Positions 1 to 8,007 of a stretch of 14,180 nucleotides of DNA are shown piece by piece. The stretch comes from Nitrospinales bacterium (GTDB taxonomy: Bacteria > Nitrospinota > Nitrospinia > Nitrospinales > JAJDAT01), in the NCBI GenBank assembly GCA_046757665.1, contig JBHHYO010000070.1, positions 1 to 14,180 of the forward strand, in the 5' to 3' direction. Position 1 is the first letter of the stretch. The number at the start of each line of letters is the position of its first letter. The notes beneath the pieces were generated by a model. That model did not search any database. It was not told the DNA's origin and saw nothing but the letters and a program-made list of their open reading frames with translations. The position numbers and the translations under genes were made by a program.

Positions 1-59
1 CTAGTGCGGCTCGCGATGACACCGGAACGGAGAAGAATCGCGGGTTATGCAAAGGTCTC
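1..59 (+). mobile_element. MITE copy A, right end only (truncated by window edge)
   Basis: GGCTCGCGATGACACC...GTTATGCAAAGGTCTC matches the right half of the full copy at 11545-11691, including the terminal inverted repeat TTATGCAAAGGTCTC (45-59). Confidence 0.85.
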
Positions 60-102
60 CCGGCAGGGGATGGAGGAGAAGCCCCCTTCCACCCTGGACG
101 CC

Positions 103-1230
103 TTAAAACTGCACCTGCGCGCCAATTTTGATGGTGTCGGCATTCGGCTGGCCGGGGCCGGGGTCGTCGCTGAAATAAAACAAGGCGATTTTGGCGTTAT
201 GCCCGTCAATAATATAATTGATGCCCCCCTCGATCCGGTCATGCCTGCCGCGTTCGCCCACGCGGTTGGTGGAGTCGCGGTTAAATTCCTGGTAGCGAAC
301 GTAGGGCTGTATTTGTCCCCAGCCGAATTTTCGCGGGAACAGATAATTGCCGGAGACATAAAACGCCTCCCCGCCGATCAACTTGGCATCGGCAACGTCT
401 TCCAGGTCGTAGTCGTAATAGGTGAAATCGAGCGTTACGACGGCCTTGTTGGCCAGTTTCTTTTCAAACAGGAAGTCGATGCTCCACTCATTATAGGCGC
501 CCGGATTTTCCTGGGTGCCGGCGCCGTCGTCCTGGTGCATGGCCACGAAAGCTATGGCGAGGATATCTTTTTTGCCGAAATACGAGTTTTTGTTGCCGTA
601 TCCGGCTTCGGTATCCCAAAAGTTGTACTGTAACTTCCCGGCGTACAGCAGGTTGGTTTCCTGGTTGGGATTGCTTTGCGAGTTGGTATTGTTTCTCCGG
701 CCCTGATAGGCGCCGAACTGGTACTTGAACTTGCCGCTGGTATTGGTTCCCCAGACGGCGGCGCCGTTGTCGCGTCCGAAGGCGAAATTGGGCAGTTTTT
801 GTACGAATGGCAAGTCCCAGGCATTCAAGTTGTACGGGCCGCTGTGGTTGGTGCGGTCGCTCGGGATGTGAAACCGGCCGCCCCAGATATTAAACCAGTT
901 GTTGAAGCGAAATTTCGCCGCGCCGTCCAGAAGAACGAGATTGCCGGTGTCCGGCTTGAAATCCGTATTGAAGGTCACCTTGATGCCTTTTTGTATCTGC
1001 GAAGTGATGTAAAGCCGGATGTTTTGTACTTCAAAATCGTTCAATCGATTCTTGCCGGTCAGCGCGCCGTTTTCAACGGACTTGTAACTGCTCTTAAGGC
1101 CAAAGCCGAAATTCACCCATTTGTCATCTGCAATCTCCAGGCGGGTTCCTGCCGATGCCGGCGATAGGAAAGCCAGGAACGTGATCAGGGCAACAACTAT
1201 TGAAAACCTGCAAGCAACTTTTTTTCTCAT
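103..1230 (-). CDS. Outer-membrane beta-barrel porin (OprO/OprP-like or short-chain amide porin-like), 375 aa
   Basis: Signal peptide (MRKK...LAFLSPASA), amphipathic beta-strands rich in aromatic residues, motifs RLYIT.QI, WGGRFHIPSDR, GRDNGAAVWG, GINYIIDGHNAKI, and a C-terminal Phe beta-signal (GAQVQF). SD-like GGAG upstream. Confidence 0.85.
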   Translation of the reverse strand: MRKKVACRFSIVVALITFLAFLSPASAGTRLEIADDKWVNFGFGLKSSYKSVENGALTGKNRLNDFEVQNIRLYITSQIQKGIKVTFNTDFKPDTGNLVLLDGAAKFRFNNWFNIWGGRFHIPSDRTNHSGPYNLNAWDLPFVQKLPNFAFGRDNGAAVWGTNTSGKFKYQFGAYQGRRNNTNSQSNPNQETNLLYAGKLQYNFWDTEAGYGNKNSYFGKKDILAIAFVAMHQDDGAGTQENPGAYNEWSIDFLFEKKLANKAVVTLDFTYYDYDLEDVADAKLIGGEAFYVSGNYLFPRKFGWGQIQPYVRYQEFNRDSTNRVGERGRHDRIEGGINYIIDGHNAKIALFYFSDDPGPGQPNADTIKIGAQVQF

Positions 1231-1481
1231 TAGATTCTCCCGTTGTGGCGGAAAAGGTAAAAGTCTTGGCAGAAAAATGCTTCTTATAAGAACGCCGAAA
1301 ACCCCAAAAAGGGGATATCGAAAAACAAAATCAGGGAAGTCTAAAAGAAATTTCTTACTAAATCAAGTGAAGATTTATCTAATTCAAAGATAAAAACCGG
1401 AAGAGAGAGTCATTCGTATCTCCAATGGGCGCCTGATGATTTTCGCGGCCTCGACCGCGGGATTCCCCGCCGGGTTCACTA

Positions 1482-1510
1482 TTGAGCCTTTTGTAGAAAG
1501 TCTCTATAAT
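1482..1510 (+). promoter_or_regulatory. sigma70-type promoter of the + strand operon
   Basis: TTGAGC (1482-1487), 17 nt spacer, TATAAT (1505-1510), about 50 nt upstream of ATG 1563. Confidence 0.65.
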
Positions 1511-1562
1511 AGGGTTGCGTGAAAACCGCCGAAACGCCGAGTGTTACAAAACGCCGAATTTC

Positions 1563-2117
1563 ATGAAAACCATCGCCCATTACCTGACCTTATGTGTATT
1601 TTTGCTTGTCTCCGGCCCCGCCCTTGGCTCTCCAAAGGCCGAAATCAACCTGTGGAAACGAGACCCGTTTCTCTACGGCCCCTGCGGTCATTGCGCCGAC
1701 TTCATCAATTTGCGGGAAAACGAAAATTGCAATGATTTCAGCCAGTTCAATCTGTACCAGCAAAGCGGCGATTACCAACTGGACCTGTTCGGTCCGAAAG
1801 GCACCACCATAACCTTGTTTGGAATGCGGGATTTCGACATCACTGGAGGGTTCATCGTCATCACCAAAAAGGATGATTCGCCGGTGGAAATCGCCGACCT
1901 TGAAGGCTTCTCGCCGGAAACATGGGTTGACGTCAAGAAAAAGGGCAGGAAAGGCGCTTACACCGCCTATTATCAGTCCCATAGAAATTTCAAAAGCAAT
2001 GTCGCCTCGGTGGGCTGGGGGCAATGGTGGCCCCGGGGTCTGCTGGCTGTCAAGGGGATCGACCGGAAAATGCAGTTTTTGAAAAAAATATTCACCGAGG
2101 AAATAAAAGTAAAATGA
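1563..2117 (+). CDS. Exported hypothetical protein with CGHC motif, 184 aa
   Basis: ATG 1563 gives an N-terminal signal peptide (MKTIAHYLTLCVFLLVSGPALG). The stop overlaps the next start (ATGA at 2114-2117). Confidence 0.75.
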   Translation: MKTIAHYLTLCVFLLVSGPALGSPKAEINLWKRDPFLYGPCGHCADFINLRENENCNDFSQFNLYQQSGDYQLDLFGPKGTTITLFGMRDFDITGGFIVITKKDDSPVEIADLEGFSPETWVDVKKKGRKGAYTAYYQSHRNFKSNVASVGWGQWWPRGLLAVKGIDRKMQFLKKIFTEEIKVK

Positions 2118-3166
2118 CAAACTTTTTCATGCGGTTCTCATTGACGGTCTTGTTAACGTTCGCGGCGGCCTTTTCTATGGCCGATGTCGATGCCGCCGAG
2201 CAATTTAAAATCAACGGAAAACCCGTCCCGGATATCGTCGCTACGGTTAACGGAACGAACATCACCGCGGAATTCCTCAAAAACAAGATGTTCATGTGGC
2301 GAATGGAGTCCCGGCAGAAGGGCGAACAGATCACTCCCGAACTGGAAGAAAAATTCGCCCGCGCCGTCATCACACAAGCTATTGAAAAGGAGTTGCTCTA
2401 TCAAAAAGGCAAGGAATTGAACGTCAAGGTCGAGCCGGAAACCATCCGGCAGGAGCTCGAAAACATCCAGTCAAAATTTCCGGATCAGCAAAAGTTTCTT
2501 ATGGCCCTGGCGTTCCAGCGCCTTAGCTTGAACCAATTGGAAGAAAAAATTGAAAAAGAACTGATCGAAGACGAAGTCACCCGGCTCGAAATTGCGCCCC
2601 ACGTTGACGTGCCGGACAGCGCGGTCGAAGCGTATTACAACCGGTATCGAGATTCGTTTATCGAACCCAAAAAATACAAGGTCAGCCAGATTTTCGTGGG
2701 TAAAATCAACACCAAAACCCAGGGCCGGGCGGAGGACAGCGAAAGCCAGAAAAAAGCCGACCGGATGATTGAAATCGTCAACGGAGAAGCTCGCGACAAA
2801 ATCGAAATGATCCACCGGAAATTGAAGGACGGCGCCGATTTCGTCGAACTGGTGCGGCAATATTCCGAAGATGAATTCAGCAAGCCCCGGGACGGTGATA
2901 TTGGCGAGATTTACGCCCACCAGACCGTGCCCGCCTTCGCGGCTGTCATTTCCCGTATGAAAGTGGGAGAAATCAGCGACATCGTCGAATATGACGACGG
3001 GTTTCATATTTTCCAATTAAACCATGTCAACCCGGAAAAACCTATCCCGCTGGAAAACATGAAAACCGATATTATGAATGCGCTGTTGCGGGAGGAAGTC
3101 AAGAAAAAGAAGCGCGAATATGTTGCCGAACTCAAAAAAACGGCGGATATAAAAATTTTCCTTTAA
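2114..3166 (+). CDS. PpiC/parvulin-type peptidyl-prolyl isomerase, SurA/PrsA-like periplasmic foldase, 350 aa
   Basis: Signal peptide; SurA_N-like IVATVNGTNIT and helical region; parvulin motifs FVELVRQYSED, DGDIG, PAF, GEISDIVE..GFHIFQL; C-terminal LKKTADIKIF. Confidence 0.9.
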   Translation: MTNFFMRFSLTVLLTFAAAFSMADVDAAEQFKINGKPVPDIVATVNGTNITAEFLKNKMFMWRMESRQKGEQITPELEEKFARAVITQAIEKELLYQKGKELNVKVEPETIRQELENIQSKFPDQQKFLMALAFQRLSLNQLEEKIEKELIEDEVTRLEIAPHVDVPDSAVEAYYNRYRDSFIEPKKYKVSQIFVGKINTKTQGRAEDSESQKKADRMIEIVNGEARDKIEMIHRKLKDGADFVELVRQYSEDEFSKPRDGDIGEIYAHQTVPAFAAVISRMKVGEISDIVEYDDGFHIFQLNHVNPEKPIPLENMKTDIMNALLREEVKKKKREYVAELKKTADIKIFL

Positions 3167-3233
3167 ATCGGCTTTCACGGCGGTTTCTGGTAAATGGTTG
3201 CCCCCCGCCGCCGACCCGAACCCGAATCGACAT

Positions 3234-4250
3234 ATGAAAACCCTGGTCACCGGAACGACCGGATTTTTGGGATCCGCCATCGCCCGCGAACTTCTGCGCG
3301 ATGGACGGCGGATCAAGACTCTTCTGCGGAAAAACGCCGACACCCGAAATATCGACGGTCTGGAAGTGGAAAAAGTTTACGGTGATCTGCGAGACAAGGA
3401 TTCCCTGAAAGCGGCCTTGAAGGATTGCGAGGTCCTTTACCATGCCGCCGCTTATTACAGTTTCTGGAACCGGGATAAAACACTGATCTACGACATCAAC
3501 GTCAACGGCACCCGAAACATTCTTCAGGCGGCCCTGGAAATGGGGCTGAAAAAAGTCGTTTACACCAGCACGGTGGGCTGTATCGGGCTGTTGCCGGACG
3601 GCGCGCCCGCCAACGAGGAAACCCCCCTGGATACAGCCACCCTGTCCAACGATTACAAACGCTCCAAGTTCCAGGCGGAAAACCTCGCCATGGATTTCTT
3701 CCGCAAAGGCTTGCCGGTTGTCATTGTCAACCCCACCGCGCCGATCGGCCCCCGGGACGTCAAACCTACGCCTACGGGAAAAATCATCCTGGATTTTTTA
3801 AACCGCAAAATGCCCGCTTACCTCGATACCGGACTGAATCTCATACACGTCAAGGACTGCGCCCGCGGGCATATCCTGGCGGAGCAATCGGGCCTTGACG
3901 GCGAGCGTTACATCCTGGGCAACCGAAACATGTCCTTGAAGGAAATTCTCCTGGCCCTGGAAAAAATAACCGGTCTCAAGGCCCCTGTCATCAAAATGCC
4001 TTACTGGATCGCCTACGCGGCCGGATGGGCCAGCGAAATGATTGCCGACCGGGTCACCCACCGGGAACCGGCGGTGCCTCTCGGGGGGGTGAAAATGGCG
4101 AAATACAAAATGTATTTCGACCCTTCCAAGGCCGTCCGCCGGCTCGGCCTGCCGCAAACTCCCGTGGAAACCGCCTTGACGGAAGCCGTGGAATGGTTTA
4201 AAAACAACCATTCTATTCAAGGCGTATCCTCTGTCCGCAGCCATCTTTAA
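3234..4250 (+). CDS. hpnA: Hopanoid-associated sugar epimerase HpnA (extended SDR, dihydroflavonol-4-reductase-like), 338 aa
   Basis: LVTGTTGFLG Rossmann motif, HAAAYY, NVNGTRN, YTSTVG, catalytic YKRSK, and NPTAPIGPRDVKPTPTG / MPAYLDTGLN typical of HpnA. ATG at 3234 preferred. Confidence 0.85.
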   Translation: MKTLVTGTTGFLGSAIARELLRDGRRIKTLLRKNADTRNIDGLEVEKVYGDLRDKDSLKAALKDCEVLYHAAAYYSFWNRDKTLIYDINVNGTRNILQAALEMGLKKVVYTSTVGCIGLLPDGAPANEETPLDTATLSNDYKRSKFQAENLAMDFFRKGLPVVIVNPTAPIGPRDVKPTPTGKIILDFLNRKMPAYLDTGLNLIHVKDCARGHILAEQSGLDGERYILGNRNMSLKEILLALEKITGLKAPVIKMPYWIAYAAGWASEMIADRVTHREPAVPLGGVKMAKYKMYFDPSKAVRRLGLPQTPVETALTEAVEWFKNNHSIQGVSSVRSHL

Positions 4251-5071
4251 TGGAATTACTGGAACTGCTTTACGGCACGTTACTGCTTCGCCCCTATGTT
4301 TTTATTTTCCTTGCCGCCTATTTGACGGTCGCCACCCTCAACATGGGGTTTGTCCGCGCCGTGCTGTTCACCGTTCTGGCCTACGGCATCGCTTTTTTGT
4401 CGGAATACTCTTCCACCCGCAACGGGTTCCCTTACGGGCTTTATCATTATATCGAGACGACCCGCGACCAGGAGCTGTGGATCACCAATGTTCCCTTTAT
4501 GGATTCACTGTCCTACTCGTTTCTATCCTATATCAGTTACACCATGAGCCTGTTGCTGTGGTCGCCCTTGAAAAAAAACGGCTGGGATGTGCAAATCGTC
4601 GAAAGCGGGCCGGTTAAACGGTCGCTCCGGGTGATCTTTTCGGGGGCGCTTCTGTTTATGCTTTTGGACGTGATTATCGACCCCGTGGCATTTCACGGCG
4701 ACCGCTGGTTCCTCGGAAAAATTTACACCTACGAGGAGGAGGGAGAATATTTTAACATCCCCTTGACCAATTTCGCCGGCTGGTTCCTGGTCGGCGCGGT
4801 CATCCTGTTTGCGTTCAGCGCAGTGGATTCCCGGTTGAGCCGGATCGAGGGATTTAAGGATTTCGGCAAGCGGGCCGTGCCGGCCAGGGCTCTGCTTGGG
4901 CCGGCGGTTTATTTCGGTGTAATCGGTTTTAATCTCGCGGTGACTTTTTACATCGGCGAATATCTTTTGGGGTTTTGCGGTATTCTGATATCCTTGGCGA
5001 TCCTGGCCTTGGTAATATATAAGATACGCGCCCCGGAAAAAATTCGCTTTCCTTCCTTTGAAAATGAATAA
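4250..5071 (+). CDS. CruF/DUF422-family carotenoid-biosynthesis (hydratase-like) integral membrane protein, 273 aa
   Basis: Several transmembrane helices; E...TRNGFPYGLYHY, D..IDPVA, YFNIPLTNFAGWF motifs characteristic of DUF422/CruF. TAATG overlap with hpnA. Confidence 0.8.
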   Translation: MELLELLYGTLLLRPYVFIFLAAYLTVATLNMGFVRAVLFTVLAYGIAFLSEYSSTRNGFPYGLYHYIETTRDQELWITNVPFMDSLSYSFLSYISYTMSLLLWSPLKKNGWDVQIVESGPVKRSLRVIFSGALLFMLLDVIIDPVAFHGDRWFLGKIYTYEEEGEYFNIPLTNFAGWFLVGAVILFAFSAVDSRLSRIEGFKDFGKRAVPARALLGPAVYFGVIGFNLAVTFYIGEYLLGFCGILISLAILALVIYKIRAPEKIRFPSFENE

Positions 5072-6107
5072 CTACAACCGTCAATATAAAGTCGGCGATC
5101 CCAAGGCCGAAAAGTTGATCCGGGAACTGGTCGAATTTTGTTCTCCCGGAGAAAACGACGAAATGCTCCGGGAAATCCTGACCACCGTGGTCAAGCTGGG
5201 CCGGGAACACAAGGATGTCGGCGATTACAAGCTGATCAACACTGCGCTCAAGGAACTCCGCCATGCTATGAGGATTTTTGTTCCCTACCGGGAGACCCGG
5301 AAAGCGGTTATTTTCGGTTCGAGCCGCACGGAAAAAACCGACCCGCGGTATCTCATGGCCCGCGAACTGGCGCAACGCCTGGTCCAAAATGACTTCATGG
5401 TAATCACCGGAGCCGGCGGCGGCATCATGGAAGCCGCCAACCTCGGCGCGACAAAAGAAAAAAGCTTCGGCATCAACATCAAGTTCCCCTCGGAACAAAA
5501 AGCCAACCCGTACATCAAGGGCGATCCCAAGCTAATGACGTTCAAATATTTTTTCACCCGCAAGTTGTTTTTCATCAAGGAATCGGATGCCACGGTGCTT
5601 TTCCCCGGAGGCTTTGGAACCCTGGATGAAGGTTTTGAAAACCTGACCCTGTTTCAAACCGGCAAATGTATGATTCGCCCTATTGTGCTCGTGGAACCCG
5701 CCGGGGAAAATTATTGGGAACACTGGATCGCTTGTTTTCGGGACGAGCTTTTGCAGAAACAGTTCATTTCTCCCGATGACCTCAAACTTTTTTACCACGC
5801 CCGTTCCGTGGAGGACGCCGCGGCCTATATCGTTGGCTATTACCGGGTTTTTCATTCCCTGCGTTATGTCAGGAAACTCACCGTGCTCCGTTTCACCCGA
5901 GGCATTTCTTCCTCTTTGCTCGATCGTTTGAATCGGGAGTATGGAGATATTCTCCGGGAAGGTAAAATTGAAGCCTCCCCTCCGCTCAAGGATGAAGTCC
6001 AAAGAAAAGAATATTTGCAACTCCCCCGCCTGGTGCTGAATTTCAACAAGCAGAACTTCGGTCGGCTCAACGAGATGATTTGCGAAATCAACCGGTCGGC
6101 GGATTAG
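5064..6107 (+). CDS. LOG-family (TIGR00730-like) nucleotide phosphoribohydrolase with N- and C-terminal extensions, 347 aa
   Basis: IFGSSRT, ITGAGGGIMEAANLGA, FKYFFTRKLFF and the LOG signature FPGGFGTLDE. ATG 5064 overlaps the end of the upstream gene. Confidence 0.9.
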   Translation: MNNYNRQYKVGDPKAEKLIRELVEFCSPGENDEMLREILTTVVKLGREHKDVGDYKLINTALKELRHAMRIFVPYRETRKAVIFGSSRTEKTDPRYLMARELAQRLVQNDFMVITGAGGGIMEAANLGATKEKSFGINIKFPSEQKANPYIKGDPKLMTFKYFFTRKLFFIKESDATVLFPGGFGTLDEGFENLTLFQTGKCMIRPIVLVEPAGENYWEHWIACFRDELLQKQFISPDDLKLFYHARSVEDAAAYIVGYYRVFHSLRYVRKLTVLRFTRGISSSLLDRLNREYGDILREGKIEASPPLKDEVQRKEYLQLPRLVLNFNKQNFGRLNEMICEINRSAD

Positions 6108-6111
6108 GAAG

Positions 6112-6261
6112 AGGATCTCTGCCTAACCCGAGATTCTTTGTCGCCCTCGGTGTCATCGCGAGCCGCGACCAGCGGCGTGGCGATCCCCAGCCTTCTGGAT
6201 TGCTTCTCGGCTTTGCCGCCTCGCAATGACAATCAAACAAGTACGCTTATGCAAAGGTTTC
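6112..6261 (-). mobile_element. MITE copy B (inverted relative to A and C), between convergent genes
   Basis: Reverse complement aligns end to end with 11545-11691 (GAAACCTTTGCATAAG...GTCATTGCGA...GAAGCAATCCAGAAGGCTGG...GATCGCCACGCCG...GGCTCGCGATGACACC). The TIR at 6112-6127 is degenerate. Confidence 0.88.
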
Positions 6262-6262
6262 G

Positions 6263-7732
6263 TTAGGAAGAGGACAGTTTTTCAGCGATCACCCGGCGCA
6301 TGGCATCGGTAGGGGCTTTTTGGCCGGTCCACATCTCGAATTGTTCCGCCGCCTGGTTGACGAAAAGCTCCACTCCGGAGATGGTGGTGCAACCGGCGGC
6401 TCGCGCTTCCCGGAGCAACCGCGTTTCCATGGGGTTGTACACGGAGTCGAAGACGACCATTCCGGATTTCAGCAGGCGGGCGGGGAACGGGGTCTGGTCG
6501 ACATCGGGACTCATGCCCACCGGGGAGCAGTTGATCAGGATGTCGATGTTCCGGTCTCCCAGGTTGCGGATGTCCGCCGCTTCGGCGTTCAATTCCCGCG
6601 CCAGCCGCTCGCCGCGTTCCCGGTTTTTGTGGTAGGTGACGGTCAGCCGGCCGCCGCGTTGCACGATTCCGTAACCGATGGCCTTGGCCGTGCCGCCGGA
6701 GCCGATGATCAGCGTATCTTTGTCTCGCGCATCGCAGTGCACTGCCAGCGCTTTCATGGCTCCGGAACAATCGGTGTTGTAACCGGCCCAGCCGTCGGCC
6801 TCGCGCACCACGGTGTTGACGGCGCCGATGGCTTTTGCCGTAGGGTCGATGCGGTCCAGAAGGGACATGATCTTTTCCTTGTGCGGCATGGTGACGCTGA
6901 GGCCGTCGAACCAGGGCTCAAAGGCGGGGAAAAATTTTTGCGTGTTCTCCACCCAGAAGGGCACGTAAATATGCGGCAGTCCCATTGCCGCAAACCCGCG
7001 GTTATGGATCAGGTAACCCATGCTTTTTGAAACCGGGTCGCCGATGACTCCATAGACCTTGCCGTCTTGCCGCTCCAGGCCGATCCGATAGATATCTTTC
7101 AGAGTGGAGGCGCGGATTTGGCCGGGTGCGCTTTCCTTCCCGGTGTCCAGCGAGCCGAACGTGAGGAATCCGCCCAGCAGAGGGGACAGAATGCGGCTGA
7201 CTTCCCCCCTTTCTCCCATGCAAAAAGAAATCAGGCTCCGGTCGTCCTTTCTGGCCCGCGCAAGCAGGTTGAAAACGACGGTGTTGTCATTGATGTCCCT
7301 GGCGTAAGGAATGATTTTGAGGATGTCGGCGGGAGTTTCCGACATGATTTCGTAAACCGCTTCCAGGTTGTCCGGGGTTTGTGAGAAGTGATGAAACGAG
7401 AGAATGGTTTTTGTTTTGCCCCTGGCTTCGAGGATCGGTTGCAGGTATTGGCGCGGTGTCGCGCTTTCGATGTCGATATAGTCGACGCCGGCATCCATGG
7501 CCTGGCGGAGGGCGCGCACCCGTTCCTCCTCGCTTCCCTTGAATTGCCCCCCCTCCAGCTTCGTGCGGTTGGTTACGATGCAGGGTTTGCTCGCGGCCTT
7601 GAGAAGGACCGGAAGGTCGGCGTCTTGAATGAGGTCCAGGCGGAGTTCAATGATATCTCCCACCAGCCCGGCTTGCGCGATGTCCTTTAAGGCCTGGTCA
7701 ACAGAAGGGCCAACGATGGGAACGCAAATCAT
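6263..7732 (-). CDS. aroDE: Bifunctional type I 3-dehydroquinate dehydratase / shikimate dehydrogenase (AroD-AroE fusion), 489 aa
   Basis: AroD part: IELRLD, TNRTKLEGG, YIDIE, SFHHF, DILKI, MGERGEVSR, SAPGQ. AroE part: SVTMPHK, IGAVNT, NTD, GSGGTAKA, INCSPVGM, DSVYNP.ET.LL, NQAAEQFEMWTG. Confidence 0.95.
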   Translation of the reverse strand: MICVPIVGPSVDQALKDIAQAGLVGDIIELRLDLIQDADLPVLLKAASKPCIVTNRTKLEGGQFKGSEEERVRALRQAMDAGVDYIDIESATPRQYLQPILEARGKTKTILSFHHFSQTPDNLEAVYEIMSETPADILKIIPYARDINDNTVVFNLLARARKDDRSLISFCMGERGEVSRILSPLLGGFLTFGSLDTGKESAPGQIRASTLKDIYRIGLERQDGKVYGVIGDPVSKSMGYLIHNRGFAAMGLPHIYVPFWVENTQKFFPAFEPWFDGLSVTMPHKEKIMSLLDRIDPTAKAIGAVNTVVREADGWAGYNTDCSGAMKALAVHCDARDKDTLIIGSGGTAKAIGYGIVQRGGRLTVTYHKNRERGERLARELNAEAADIRNLGDRNIDILINCSPVGMSPDVDQTPFPARLLKSGMVVFDSVYNPMETRLLREARAAGCTTISGVELFVNQAAEQFEMWTGQKAPTDAMRRVIAEKLSSS

Positions 7733-7983
7733 GAGGTGGCCTTGAAGTCCGCCGTTTTCTCTTCCCGGTCGGTCGGTTCGCCTGAATCGATGGCTTCGGC
7801 TGGGGCGAGGGCTTTGGACAGTGCGCGCAATGCAAGTTGCTGTTTGGCCGCGGTGGAGATATCCACTCGGTCAACCTGTCCCTGAACGCTCTTGATGTTC
7901 GCTTTTTTGTTCAATTCGGCAATTCTGGCCTGGTTCAGATAGGAGTTGAAAATTCGACTGATTTGAGCGCTGGAAATTTCCAT
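7729..7983 (-). CDS. Small flagellar-associated protein with FlgM-type N-terminal motif (resembles the DVU0524-like FlgM-associated family), 84 aa
   Basis: I..IFNSY..Q and DRVDISTAAK motifs, next to flgN. Lacks the FlgM C-terminal sigma28-binding segment. Stop overlaps the aroDE ATG. Confidence 0.65.
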   Translation of the reverse strand: MEISSAQISRIFNSYLNQARIAELNKKANIKSVQGQVDRVDISTAAKQQLALRALSKALAPAEAIDSGEPTDREEKTADFKATS

Positions 7984-8007
7984 GGCGAATTTGTTCTTGA
8001 TTTTGCT

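Noticed and set aside
4-1167. + strand ORFs 4-633 and 676-1167, and similar opposite-strand ORFs over aroDE, fliD and the activator
   Set aside because: Shadow ORFs of well-supported genes on the other strand.
1266-1281. sigma54-like TTGGCAGAAAAATGCT
   Set aside because: GG-to-GC spacing is 9 nt rather than the strict 10, and it points away from the porin.
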